From Octopus bimaculoides (lineage: Eukaryota): 64,000 nt of DNA. Position 1 is the stretch's first letter. Every line of letters begins with the position of its first letter. Positions 12,533-41,328 of the stretch are shown here, piece by piece. Position numbers and translations under genes: made by a program. A model generated the notes under the pieces. That model did not search any database, was not told the DNA's origin, and worked only from the letters and a program-made list of their open reading frames with translations. The stretch is taken from positions 235,972 through 299,971 of the forward strand of contig NC_068993.1 in NCBI RefSeq assembly GCF_001194135.2, in the 5' to 3' direction.

Positions 12533-14153
12533 GTAGAGATTACTTTCCATATTTACTTGATATCTAAATATTAATCTAATTTGTGGCTGTGACTTTATTG
12601 TATGTGGTAGATACAAACGAACTGTTAGCAAGAAGAATTCTCATTGAGTATGTTTCTTCAGTCACTGAAAATGCTTGCTAGAAATAACTGGCTGCTTTTG
12701 TTACCTTAGGCAATTAAGTGAAGGTGGAAACAAAACGATAAATCCAAGTGTTTGAATTAATTTTGAAAATAGCTCTTCTTAAATTTAAACATTCAGTTCA
12801 CATTTTGATGTACATTTGAAGATTTTTAAATAAGACAAGTCAGATATAAAAGATTTGGGTGTATGTGGTTTAGTTTACTCTCTTTAAAATAAATGCAATA
12901 AAGCATTGCTTTGATGATCCATTGGGCATTAAGCATCCAATTGTACTTGGAACATCCAATACAGAGATCCAAACAACCACAATGGGTGAAATATAAGCAG
13001 GAAACAGATGATATAAACTTGTGTTCATTACAATTTCTATTATATATATATATATATATCATCATCATCATCATCATCATCATCATCNNNNNNNNNNNNN
13101 NNNNNNNNNNNNNNNNNNNNNNNNNNNNNNNNNNNNNNNNNNNNNNNNNNNNNNNNNNNNNNNNNNNNNNNNNNNNNNNNNNNNNNNTTGACATGCGTTG
13201 ATCTTGAGTACAATGTCTGCTTTTCTGCTCTCAGGGGGAACATCTTAGTCAGAAATCTGATAAAGTTACCAATGCTACCTCCTGCAACAATGAAACTCTA
13301 TGATAAGGAATCGTCTTTAGAACACACAGATACTAAAATAGGAACTTTTCCAAATGTTTGCTATTGTTTGTTGAATATCTTAAATGGAAATACAAAAAGC
13401 TGGAATCATCAGAGCCAGAACCGAAGTCTGCTGGGTGGAAGCATAACCTGAAAATAACTAAAAGAAAAAATATATCCAACAATCACAAAACTGTTCGGCA
13501 AAGATTAACAAATGGATTAGTGAATAGATTTATTCATTAACAGATTTTTTTGCTTAGTCTATTTACACTGAAAAAGATTTCAGATTAGTTTAGCAAAATG
13601 CTTTTTTTCGTTTTTTTGTATAACGTTCACAATTTCTGCAAAATATTGTTATAGAATATAACAATTTATAGTGAATTTCTAAACTTCTTTCAGTTAATAT
13701 ACATTTTAAATCCAAAGGAAAATTCTATAACAAAATGTTTATCATGCTTTCAACATCTGAAACATTACAAAAATGCTTCTAAAATGACCCCAGTATTATT
13801 GGTTCTGCTGGAATTTGTTTTCTTGCTTTTTGATTAATTTTCAAACCTGTAATTTAACTCTTCTAGGATATTCTTAGAAGAGAACATGATTAAAAAAATT
13901 TTCCAAATTCTCTAAAATCAAATTTCATTTTTTTAACCCTTGAATTTTTTTTTCATTGTTTGAAGATGAAAGGCAAAACTGAAAAAGGAAACAAAAGTTA
14001 ATTTATTTTTAATTTTACCTTTCATACACAAGTGTCAAGAAAAGAATTAAATGCTAAAACGATGAGAATGGAAATATAATGAAAGCTAAAAATGGAGTGT
14101 GTGTGTGTGATGTGTGGCATTAATAATGATGATGTTGAGGTAGACAGAAAGCG

Positions 14154-29131
<14,978 letters not shown>

Positions 29132-29675
29132 TTTCGTTTCTAGTTAACAACAAAAAAAAGCTGAACAATTCTTAAAAAAAGATATTTTCCTGTTACAAAA
29201 ATATAAATGGTTTTCTTTTTGTGCTTCTTTTTTTTTTTTTTTTACTTTGTCCCCTTGTTACAGCATAAAACAGAAATGTAACTTTCTTTCCATTTCTTTG
29301 AAATAATATTTAGTTCATACACTTTTCTTCAAAATCATAAAATTTGGGTTTGGTTGAGGGTAAAACCTACAAAACAGAAGTAGTTACAATATTATATTAA
29401 TAAAGTTTGAGATGTACAATGTCAGTTAAAATCAGTTATTAAATTAAATGGAATTCTCTTCTTTTTTTTATTTCATTTAGTTCATCCATGACTATAATAT
29501 TTATAATATATTGTGTTTCAACTAATTTTGCAAATAGTCACCCATATTGTAAACCAGGTAGTTCAGGATGGCGTCATACCCAATGACTCGCGTAGCAGCA
29601 CACTAGAGTCAACTGCTACAAAGGTAAAGGTGATGCTTTAGATAGAACTACAGAAGTATCAAACAGCTGAATCAG

Positions 29676-30135
29676 GTGATGAAGGTCACAGAGAGGGTCA
29701 CAGCTCAGCTAATTAGGAAGAGAGCCTGCTTAGAGGAGATGCCAAGTAGAGGCACCCCTGATGCCATATTCCTGGTACGGCAACTGCAGGAGATATACCT
29801 AACCAAAGATAAACCCCTATATTTGGCTTTTGTGGACTTGGAGAAAGCCTTTGACAGGGTCCCCCGATCCCTTATCTGGTGGGTGATGTGGAAACTAGGG
29901 ATTGACCAATGGTTAATAAGGGCTGGACAGCCTCTATACAGAGAGGCCATTAGTAAGTTTAGGATTGACAATGAGTATAGTGAAGAATTCCAGGTAGAAG
30001 TAGGGGTCCACCAAGGATCAGCCCTCAGCTCCCTCTTATTCATCATAGTCCTCCAGGCAATAACAGAGGAATTCAAGACAGGTTGCCCATGAGAGCTCCT
30101 CTATGCTGATAACCTGGCCCTCATACCAGAATCAC
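29676..30135 (+). mobile_element. RTE-clade LINE reverse transcriptase fragment, antisense in a ZC3H11A 5' intron
   Basis: DAIFLVRQLQE...YLAFVDLEKAFDRVPR...GVHQGSALSSLLF...*ELLYADNL RT motifs, with a stop codon. Confidence 0.9.
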
Positions 30136-30353
30136 TACTTTGCCAAAATAAAGGAACAATTTTATTTTTCTATTGGCATTAATCAGAGAGAGCATTTATA
30201 TTATTATAAACAATGTGTTGAGAGTATATTAGATATAGCAAAACGGATATAATATATTCAGAATATCTATTTGAGCCAAGCTGATCATGTCACACAACCA
30301 TCAGCTTTCTAGAATTAATAGTAATAAGACAATAAAAATCATTAAAGACTTAC

Positions 30354-30452
30354 CTCAATTAACATTTTATGGAAGATTTCGCTTGAGGATCCATCTTTTA
30401 AGAATATTTCGATCAGATCCAGTTTATATATAATAAACTAACTGTTACTAAC
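30354..30452 (-). other. ZC3H11A: Probable non-coding 5'UTR exon of ZC3H11A
   Basis: ttctgtag acceptor and GAG|gtaagt donor on the - strand, 99 nt, just upstream of the coding exon that needs an upstream donor. Inferred from splice signals only. Confidence 0.6.
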
Positions 30453-33400
30453 CTACAGAAATTTAAATAAAATTTATTAACTACAACAATTGTACCCTAC
30501 CCTTTTATCCTATTCCCATTGTAGACAGGGTTCAAGCAACTATGGAACCAATTCTGAGTCAAACAAGACAAAAAAAAAAAAACAGCTCAACTTCCACTGT
30601 TCGTCACCAGCAAAAGAGAAGACCAATATTAAATCAACAATATCCAACAGATTTCTTACAAAATTCTGAAAAACTGAAAGAAAAACTTATTTCCAAAATT
30701 CCTAAATTTAATAAATAATATTTACTGAAATATATATTCCAAAGTATGAAACTGAACAACTTGAACCAATTCTAGAAGTCTTTAACTTCTACCATCACAA
30801 TGTTCCATTTTACAAATTACTACGATATACAGAGTAAACATTTGAAAGTCACAATTAAACCATCTATATTTAATCAAATATTGATGGGATTTAACAGAAA
30901 ATAGTCATTTATTAAAAATCTATATTGATGAACTTCTAAACAATTATTGCTAACTTTCGAGGTTGATAATTATACATTGCAACAAACTAGTAATTGAGAA
31001 GTAAGAAGTAATTAGAAGAAAGTTTGAAAGAGAACAGAAAAATAAATTCCAGATAAGTGATCGTTTAGAATTGGTTTCAGGTAAACCAACTTTCTTAATG
31101 AGACCAGAGCTAAATATCAAGATATGACAATTAATACAAATGCTGGGAGTCAAGAGGAGATAAAATTAGTCAATATTAGGGTAATCTTTTCTTCCCCTCA
31201 CCCCATTATTTTATTCCTTCATTATAGCAATAACACAGCTGGGAACCAAATATTTCAATCTGTTTATTCTAGTATTTCCAACAGCCAATCAAAACCAAAA
31301 GGATTGAGTTTCTTATAGAATCAAAGAAACACTGGAAAGTTCAAAATAATACCCGGTCTGTGAGCTCACACTTCCACCATTCGTAACTCGTTCACAAAAA
31401 GTCGCTTTAGTCATAATCAAGCTGCCAGTTTGTAAAAGGCTTTAATATCAAGTGACCTTAGGGGATTTGGGCTTTTTTCATTTCTTGGGTTTGCAAACTA
31501 ACCAGTAATAAGAAATTTCTAAATTACAGCTCAAGTTGCAGAGTGGCACTTTTCTAATATCTTTTAGGAGAATGAAGATTGAAAGTTTAAATGTGTCATT
31601 AGCATAAAGTTGGTTAACATTGGAAAAATTTAGAATAGCAGAGTTTGTAAGTGAAAGATTGAAAAATGTCTATAAATGGACATTGAAAAATTGTCTCATA
31701 CCAAGTGAGCATCCCTTGACTTTGGATAGAGACAAGATGGGGTGCAAACTTCTTGAGAAATTTATAAGACGGACCCTGAACCCTGACACTGTCTACAGTC
31801 GGTTGAAAATAGACAAAAGGAAAAGATTTTAAGGTAATTTAGAAATTTATGTTTTTCCCTGCCAAGTTTTGTCAATGAAAAATAGTGTCAACTTTAAGTA
31901 TTCTAAGTTTACAATAATGGTATCAAAGCTGTAGAAGGTTCATGAAAACAAAACTGTATATTAGAAGTATCCCCCAAATTTGTGCATATATCAATTAGAT
32001 GTGAGCTTAATACTTAAAATATTTGTCCTCCAGTTGGAGACAGAGAGAAAATGCTAGATTGTAGGAGGCAAGAAAATTTACCATAATCCTGGTTGGCAAT
32101 ATATTTACTTTTAAGAGCACAAAGAGGTCAGATAATGTCCAGATGATAACAATGGCTACATTTTTTTTTTTTATTGGTTTGTAATAATGAAGTGCTTTTA
32201 TGACCTTTGCAAATCCTTGTTGCTGAACACGTGAATCAAAGTGAAATATTAACAAGAGACAAGAACATAATGAACAGGTGCACTAATGATATCCCGACAA
32301 TAAGACATGAAACTAAAAGGAAGATATACACAAAGAGAAGATTGCACAAAACCTTTAAAACAAAGGATGAGATTTGAGTCAGAATTAATGAAATTAAAGA
32401 GTCTAAAATTTAGATTACTCACAGACAGTTTATTCTATTTTTTTCCACTTTGGTTTATTTTGACCTTATATTATAATTCAGAAACAAATAACTTGGAAAG
32501 AAACCTCTAAGTAAAAAATGTTTTTTATAAAAGAATCCATCAGAACATAGAAGATTTCGAATTAGAAGAATTAAGATGTAAATCAACAATATTAATTGGT
32601 AATTAAGAGTCATCAATAGCATGAGTCTTCATATAGAGCTTAACAAAAATTTCCAAAACTAGATCCTAAATCATAGACCTTGTATAATGGTGTACAACCA
32701 GTTAAATAAACCCCTTCAAAGAGACGAAAGATAAAGTTGACCCCAATGGGATATGAACTCAGAACTTAAAGAACTGCAACTAAATATTGCAGAGCGGTTT
32801 GTCTGATACTCTACCAATTCTGCCGTTTAGCTAAACAGCAGCAGTAGAGCAATAACAGCATAAATAATAGAGAACAGGCAGAATATTTGCTTTGAGAACT
32901 GACCATCTGAATTATGTGAAAATGACGAAATGTTTAATTAAAATGTTAATGAGGAAGTTATTGTTACTTAATCTTTGAAAATACAAGAACATCACTAACT
33001 GAGAGCTGAGGTTCAGGCATCAGTCAGTTAAATATTAGTTATTGTTTTCTATAAATCTTTTTTCTTTCACTTGTGTCAGTCATTAGATGGTGACCATGGG
33101 GCACTGCCTACAGTAGAAGACACTTACCCAATGTGCCACACAGTGGGACTGAACCCGAAACCATGTAGATGGGAAGCAAACTTCTTGGTGAAGAACTGAT
33201 ATAAATTTGTTAAGTGTTAGACAAGCTAACTGACAACTGGCTGGAATAGATTTCGTCTTTCATCCTTCCCAGATACAAGATTAGGATCATTATTAATCTA
33301 GTGTTAGAAACTAATATTCATTATTAGTTTAATATTCAATTAAATAACTAGATATAATTTTGAAAAGGTTTGCCAGTTAAAAAATATAGTTATCTAAAAT

Positions 33401-33599
33401 AAATAGGCCTCCTACGCAAATATTCATGTAGACAAAAGAAAACTTATAAAAAAATTTTTTTTTTTACCCGAACATGGAACATTTAGAAAGGACCAAGATA
33501 TATCTAGAATTTCTTTGATAAACTCCATGGTATAAAACCTGGAGGTAGCCTCAGTGCAATGGATTGATCTGCTAGACATAAAGCCAAAATACACTCTCA

Positions 33600-36500
33600 G
33601 GTGAAAAGGAAAAGAAAAGAGCACACTAGTAGACGATTCTACTAAAAGGCGAGGTAGTCAACGCTGGAGAGCTTATGACATCTGCTAGAAAGATCAGCTG
33701 AACCATCCTCAAATAACAATCAGAATGATTCAGAACCATAATGCAGTATAAATAATGTACCGTGTTGCAAGTCAAGGGACAATTCGACTATCAGCAACAT
33801 TAAAATCATTAAATATTTTAGCAGCCATAAATATTGTTGGACCATAACTAAAACAGAGATGATACTAATCACATCTGTTAGAAAAAATAGCTAAATCACC
33901 TTTAAATCAAAATCACACTGTCGTTTAAAAGAGGGAAGAGCACCAAGATAAATGTAGTCTTTCATACTTCAAAATAGTCTGATGGAGTTCTGACTGTCAT
34001 TATTATAGATCTACTCGTTGAGAGATTACGTGGAGTTAACAACAAAACCACAAAGTATATGAGCAATGTCTTGTGAACTAGTAATAAATAGAGTACAGGG
34101 TACAGAATTAAGTAAATAAAGCTTTCAAAAGATCTCATGATTAACAAAGAACAGACAAATTGAAGAGAAATATTTCTTTAGAACCGCTTAACCCAACATC
34201 ATAAAAAAACATCAAGTGTTGACGATTTAAAGAATATCCTTAAATACTCAACAGCAGCAACACTGACATTTTTATATGAATATATTAGTGTTAAAGGAAT
34301 AACAGTGTTGACATAAAAGGTTTCAATGACTTGAATAATCGCCAGAAACCCAAGCAACGACAGAGTGAGTCATCAGTATTTTGTTTTTCAAAATAAAACA
34401 TGTATTTAAGTACCCTTCCTCTCCTTTGTAACCCCCAGACGTGTTTATAATTTTAGTTCAGAAATGCAAACACTTATTACTTTATATATAATCGTCAAAA
34501 CTGCTGTTGCGAATTTCTGCTTAAGATATACCTATGATTTTGTAATTAATCAGTTAATTGACCTATATCTTTTATATGAAGCGTTAAAGTTCTAGGATTT
34601 TGGCGAACCTGTTCGACATTTGAAGCCATTCTTTCAAGAATAGTTGGTCAGCAAATATGAAGAACAAAACCACTTCTTTTCCCAGTTATTTTCTCTACAT
34701 GGATATGAGAAATAGCCAGATCTCCTCAAAGTTAAGCCCTACTGTTTACAAGCGAAGACACATTAGATAACGATGTGAACCGGGGGTTAATCACCTTCCA
34801 TCAGAAGTTTACTGAATCACAGTTGGCGCGGAACTAAATAATCTCTTATGAACGTGTGGCAACCTAACCAGTCTAATGTGGTAAAATCAAGTTACAGCAG
34901 AACTTTGTAACAGAACGAATATATTGAAATAGGATTCCTGAATAAATATTCCCATCTCCATGGAATAATTTTTAGTTAAAGACATCTGAGAATAGTTTAA
35001 ATATTAGAATTTGAATCCTTCCAATTTATATTCGAAAATGCCAACCTTTGTTTTCTATTAAAATATTTACGAGAAATTGTTTAGATTTTGTGAATTATTA
35101 TTACAAGACTGTTATTGACAGGTGTCACAAACAGTTCCAGGACATGTTTATTCTCTTCGAAATAAGATTTAAATGGTGAGGGAGTCAGTTTTAGTAAAAA
35201 GGTTTAAACATTTAAACTGAAATATTCCTTACGCTTTTTTTACTTCAATAATTCAAATAAATTACGACTGTTAATTTTATAGGATTTCAATGGCAAGGTG
35301 TTCGAACTTAGGATATTAATAGAAAATTTTTGTATATAGAAAAACAAAGTCAGCTGAAATATCAGTGAAAACTGAGAAATCATATTACAACACTTCTATA
35401 ATGAGTTACATGACTAATTAAAATATGAAAACCCTTTAAATATTTTAGTCCCCTAAACACTTATACAAAGTATTTTACATTTAATAAAAACGTACAAAAG
35501 CGCTCTCAATTGTTTTAAAGCGTTTTTTTCTTTTTATACAAACATTAACAAAAACTATTATATGTAGACAGAAATAACGCGTGTAAGATATATATAAATA
35601 CGTATGTATATATATATATATATATATATACACTCACTATGTGATTGAATATATGTAGGCTTGAAATATCAGAACCTTTTTAAAATGTTACAACACAAAA
35701 ATTCCCAACAAAAGACTGAGTTTCTAATAAAGTAAAATCAATTAAGAAATATTTTGAGGTGGGACATGCAAAGAGGAAAAAAAAGACATATAAGCTTTAA
35801 ACAAGATAAGTATAATGTCTAAAAACTAATTCTAAAGTCCAAACAACTGGCTGCTATAATTTATCCTAACCGAATCTAAATTAAAATGAAGAAAGAATTA
35901 ATTTTGAAAAAGACCCCAAAACAACATTTTCTAACCTTTCTCTCTCAAGTTGTGATAATAACAAGTGTTCAGCAGTAAATGATATTAGCGAAGACTTAAT
36001 CTCGCACCTTCCTATTATTAATTAATAACGGAAATATATTAATTTCTCAACTAAATCTTCAATAAACTAAAAGAATACTGTTATATTGGAAATATTTTTT
36101 TAAAAGTTAATATCAAAACATTACTTTCGGTAAATAAATTACTAATTTATTTCAACCATATTTATGGTTGTCGCTTACTGTGTGTGTGTGTGTGTGTGTG
36201 TGCAATACATTATGTGTGCGTATGTGTAAAATACACACACACATCATACGAGTGTGTGTTTATCGACAGAAAAATAAAATATCGAAAGGGAATTGTCAAC
36301 AAACAAATCATGCAATAATTTAACGAAGAGAAATTCAATTTATTTGAATAAGAGTCGATTAGTTTATTATTTAAAAAAATGAAATGAAATTGAAATACAA
36401 TACATTTTTCCCTAAACCGGAAGTTTCATGTGTTCTTAGCAATTGATCTGAATAAAATGTGCCACATTACCCGACATGCTCAACCCCTTAGGGAGGGGGA
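33600..36500 (-). promoter_or_regulatory. Candidate ZC3H11A promoter / first-exon region
   Basis: By eye, CpG dinucleotides are much more frequent here than in the flanking 30.5-33.6 and 36.5-39 kb. E2F-like ttggcgcgg at ~34825 and ETS ccggaagt at ~36417. No TSS can be fixed. Confidence 0.35.
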
Positions 36501-37984
36501 AATGCTACGATACAAGAGAGACAACTCCAAAATGGTTATGAGAACCAGAAGAAAAAATACTCAGATATGGAACTTGTTTTTAAAGAAATCCAAATTGTTT
36601 CTTTCTTGTGACCTTCAAATTTTGATTGGCCCAAAAAAGCGCCTCTGTTTCTCTCAATAATCCCAAAATGCAATTGTCCAACTGACACTTGAGAATTCCA
36701 CATGTAGATATAAATATGTTGGCTGCTATGTAAAATTTACTCTAAATAAAGTTGTTATTGATGATGATAAACTACAGGTTAACTCTGCTTGAATAAACTT
36801 ATGTCCAAAGCTGTTCCAATTATGACCACATCCCATCTTTTTTATAGAGATACAGTGCACCATGAACAATATTGGCATGGGTGTGGGGCAAAATGGGTAA
36901 TTTCTGATTTCTTGTTATTTTTTCCTTTCTTATTTCAAATTCCAAGTAATGCATAATCACTTTGTATTCTTCCATCATCTTTACAAGTAAATAATGGCCA
37001 GCATAGTTGTTGTCAAAGTTGGCAGAATTTGAGCCATATTTGAATGAAAGGTACATTTTTTTCAAGAAATTTTTCCTCAAATTTGACTCAATTGTAAATG
37101 AGGTTGCTAATAAAATATCTGGATAATTTTTGGTGTTTAGCGTTCAATATTTTTTTTCTCTGTTGGATTCCAAATCAATTCTTTCTTACACCAATGTCTA
37201 ATTTGATAATTTTCAAAGAATGATGCCTAAAATGGGGCAAAATATATAAGGACAAATTTCAGTAATTCCTTCTCTTTTAGTTAAATGGTGGAAAAGAGTC
37301 ACTCCAGCAGATTGGGAAGAACTACACAAGATATTTTTGCTGAGTTTTTAGATTTAGTCAAGTTTCATTAATTTCATATCATGTGCCATAATTCTCCTTC
37401 ATTTGACCAAGATGTTTCAAATTTTTGTTGCATTTATGATCTTTCTGATGTCTAAGGATGAATATCAAAATGTATGAGGCTGTTTTCAAATGTAATTCTG
37501 GAGAACTGAAGTGGCAAATTTACCTTATCTTGTCTTACTTATTTTGCCCCGTCTAAATATGTCTTTTTCATGCTCTAAGAGAACAGAGATAATTTCCTGA
37601 AATAGTGTTTTCAATATGTTATTGTGTTTTTAATGCACTTAGAAAAGATCATTTGCTTAGCTGATATAGTTTTGTAAGGTAGCCAACATTTATAAAACAT
37701 ATTTTTTTCCTCAAAGTCAAATATTCAGTCAAAACTCCTCAATGTGCCCCAGATACACTCCTGTCTGCTTGAGAGAGATTTTGCTGCTATTTCTAACTGG
37801 ACCAGCAAATCAGTGAATTATATAACAACAATTGTTGTTGTTCCTCTTTAGCCCAGTGTCAGATTCAACCGAGCAGAACAATAATCAAAGGCCTTCTGTT
37901 CATGGCCAATTTCTGTGTTTTTAGTGGAGGGTTGGGGGGNNNNNNNNNNNNNNNNNNNNNNNNNGGGGGGGGGGGGTTAAGCTC

Positions 37985-38175
37985 AATCATCATCATCATC
38001 ATCATCATTTAACATCTGTCTTCCATATTAGCATGGGTGAGATGGTACCACAGGAGCCAGCCAGGCTGAACCTTGCACCAGACTTCTGTGACTTCTTTGG
38101 CAGGATTTTTACAACTGGATGCCCTTCCTGACAGCAACCACTCAGCAGAGTGGACTTGGTGCTTTTTACGTGACA
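37985..38175 (-). mobile_element. RTE-tailed SINE copy
   Basis: (CAT)n followed by ttaacatctg...ggatgcccttcctg...gtgctttttacgtgacac. Confidence 0.7.
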
Positions 38176-40617
38176 CATGCAGAAAAGAAAGGTAGCAAGG
38201 CTGTACTGTGTACTAAATATAAACTAAGGATGTATAACAGATGCAGTGTGATCACAAGCAAGCTATGAAAGAAGGAGGAGTTCATTATGTAAAAGACTTA
38301 TTCTATAAAAATATCCCTGATGTAAATTCTTTGAAATCTCCAAAAACATAGTTGACAACTTCTCTTTCCCAGCAACCGTAACTAAGTGGTGATGACCATT
38401 GTAAGGACAGGGCAGAGAGTATTTCGAGAACTTTTATCTCTCCTAGCAACATTGGGATTCTCTCTCTCTCCCTGTGAAGTTTAGGCTGTATGATACTTGT
38501 GTACAAACTATCAAATAGCAGAACTGTGAAACATGGGAATGTGAAGGAGGTGTGAATGAGGGGAGTATTCTCTACTGGATGTATGAAGTTAATGATGGAG
38601 CAGCAAGAGAAAAACTGGACATAAATGATTCTCTTTATATCTAGGAAAGAGTGGAGATTGTATTGATTTAGACATGTAATGTGTATGGAAGATAACAGTT
38701 GCGTAATAAAGTTGCCAGAGATCCATGTGGAAGTTATCAGCAGAAGAAGAAAACACGATTAAAGCTGGATAGTTATTCCCATTTTGTCTATATTTTGAGA
38801 ATGGTAGATTGTGCTTTGAGGGTGTTTTGGCTATAATTTCTTACAGGTTGAATGACTATGTAGAAGTTCTATCTCATTGGCTCATATTTGAGTTTATATG
38901 TTTGGTGTGTAGCATGTGCATATGTGTGTGTGTGTGTGTTTTTTTTTAACTGAAGCATTGATTTTCTTGATTTCTCTAATTCTCTCAACTTTACAACCCC
39001 TTGTCTGTCACTTCAGAGATAGTGACATTCACATAAACAATATTTCATGACAATAATCCAAAGAAATGTTTTGACAGCTGAAGAATATTCTACATGTCTG
39101 AATTTGTCAATAAACCCATCCACAAGGCTATGGCTTTGGTCAGAAATATCGTAATGAAAGGGTTTAAAGCTAATCTTATTCTTACATGCAACCGTATTTT
39201 ACATTAAAGACTTACAAATACACTACAACCAAGACTGCATCTAAAACCTATCACTTGATTGGCTGATACAAAGTCACCAATGCATTTCATTTCCATGTCT
39301 TTTCTATGACAATAACTGTGGTTCCTCAGATCTAGCTAACACCAGAAGATAAAATGTAGTGGGATGTATCGACCTCAGTACATAACTGGTATTTTATTTA
39401 ATTCACTCTAGAAACGCTGGAATGTTAAAATTGATTTCAAAGAGATTTGAAATCAGAATATACACAATTCAGTAGCGCAAGACACTTTATCCGTTGCTCT
39501 ATCGATTCAACCGACTGACTATTGACATTAATGAATGAACATTAGTTGGGACAGGAAAGCATTGGGCTACCGACTGACCCTATGGTCAGTTGTTCAAACG
39601 GTGATTAATGTCGAGGTGTCACGGAGTAAGGGAGATAATTCTGCTTCACTCCGGTTTCACTAAAAATCAAAATCTGCTTCTCCAAATATATTCCATTTTC
39701 CTCGGATGAATTTATTCTGAACAAATACTATCTCCTCCTCCTCATCCTCACCACCACCATCATCATCATCCCTACATATACTATTAACACATTTTCATGA
39801 CAATCCTAATGGTAGACCCCTAGAATCAATAACATTTCGACCATAAGCACCTCATCTTCCTATTTAACTTACTACAACATTGAGGTCCTCAATAAATAAT
39901 AACACAAATATAGATGTTGTTTTCTGATCTCGCTCTTTCTCTCTCTCTCTCTTTCTTGATTTAATTATTAATATTCTTTGTGATTGACTTTCTGTCTCTT
40001 CTTGAACTCACATTTTACACCATCTCTCTCTCTTTCTTTCTCTCATTCATTCATTCATTTTATTCATTCTCTCTCAGTTGCTTTTTCTCTCTCTCTCTCT
40101 CAGTTGCTCTCTTTCCCCTCTCTTTCTTTCCATCACTCATCCATTCTCTCTCTTTCTCACTCACTTATTCTTTCTTCCTTTCTCTCAGTTAATCTCTTCC
40201 TCTCCCTCTTTCACCCACAGTCACCTGTCTCCCTCTCACCTGCCTTCTGTCTATCTCCTAAAGAGAATTTTCCTAAACATGTTCAATCATGACTTCTTCA
40301 CAAACCCTAATGAGAAATTAATAAAAGGTCCTTGAACCTATTTTCTGGTGATGTTTCAACACGATAAAAAGGTCAAACGTTACCTTATCTCCTGAATCCA
40401 AATCTCAAGAATCACAAAAAGGGTCAAAAGTCAAAAATATTGTTTTGAAAAAAATACAACAGCTGCCAAAATGCCTGTTCATTTGTTATGGACCTTTGGA
40501 AAGTCACAAGATATTTCAATGTTTCTAAGAACTTCACCAAAACTGTTTGAAAGAAATGGTATTGTATTAATATATATATGTATTAATATATATATGTATT
40601 AATACATATATATATAT

Positions 40618-40752
40618 CGCTCAGAGTAAAAGGCAGACTGTATGACGCATGTGTATGAACAGCCATTCTACATGGCAGTAAAACATGGGCCGTGACTGCT
40701 GAGGACATGCGTAAGCTCGCAAGAAATGAAGCCAGTATGCTCCGATGGGTGT
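40618..40752 (+). mobile_element. Short RTE LINE fragment
   Basis: LRVKGRLYDACV*TAILHGSKTWAVTAEDMRKLARNEASMLRWV. Confidence 0.75.
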
Positions 40753-40773
40753 ATACATGTGTGTGTATGTATG

Positions 40774-40833
<60 letters not shown>

Positions 40834-41276
40834 GTATGTGTGTGTGTGTGTGTGTGTGTTGGAAGTCATCTTGTGACTGAGTAAGACCAGTTTCTAAACT
40901 TAGTAAGTCCATGCAAATGTTCCAAGGACGTGAGAAGCATAAATTTGTTTTGAGTGGGTAAAGTGTTGCACAGCAATCAGCCCACATTTCATTGCAATTA
41001 GCTCTGAAACCAGTGGCAAGGCAACAGAGATTGAGACAACCAGAAACCAATTTAGCTTCTCCTTGAAGGAAGTTCTAATGGGAAATAAGGGTCCTTCACT
41101 CACAAGGGTTCACATAGTACTTAACCCATAGCTGGGACCATAATAGGTCCTCCTATCTCGGTCAGAGTTTGACCTGAGAACAACAGGGGCCAAGAGTTGC
41201 TGCCACACTTCTCAAAACCCTGAAACTTTCATACCAAGGGGCTCCAGTATTAGGGGCAGTTTAAAGTCATACCCAA

Positions 41277-41328
<52 letters not shown>

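Noticed and set aside
12826-13243. ORFs spanning the (CAT)n tract and N gap (likewise 20054-21128, 49567-51632, 58418-59089)
   Set aside because: Their length comes from X runs and microsatellite translation
36800-37750. AT-rich minus-strand segment with faint transposase-like words
   Set aside because: No diagnostic motif, TIR or TSD could be established
40320-40435. Cluster of AGGTCA half-sites including DR1-like GGGTCAaAAGTCA
   Set aside because: A short motif, expected by chance and common in repeats, with no independent support
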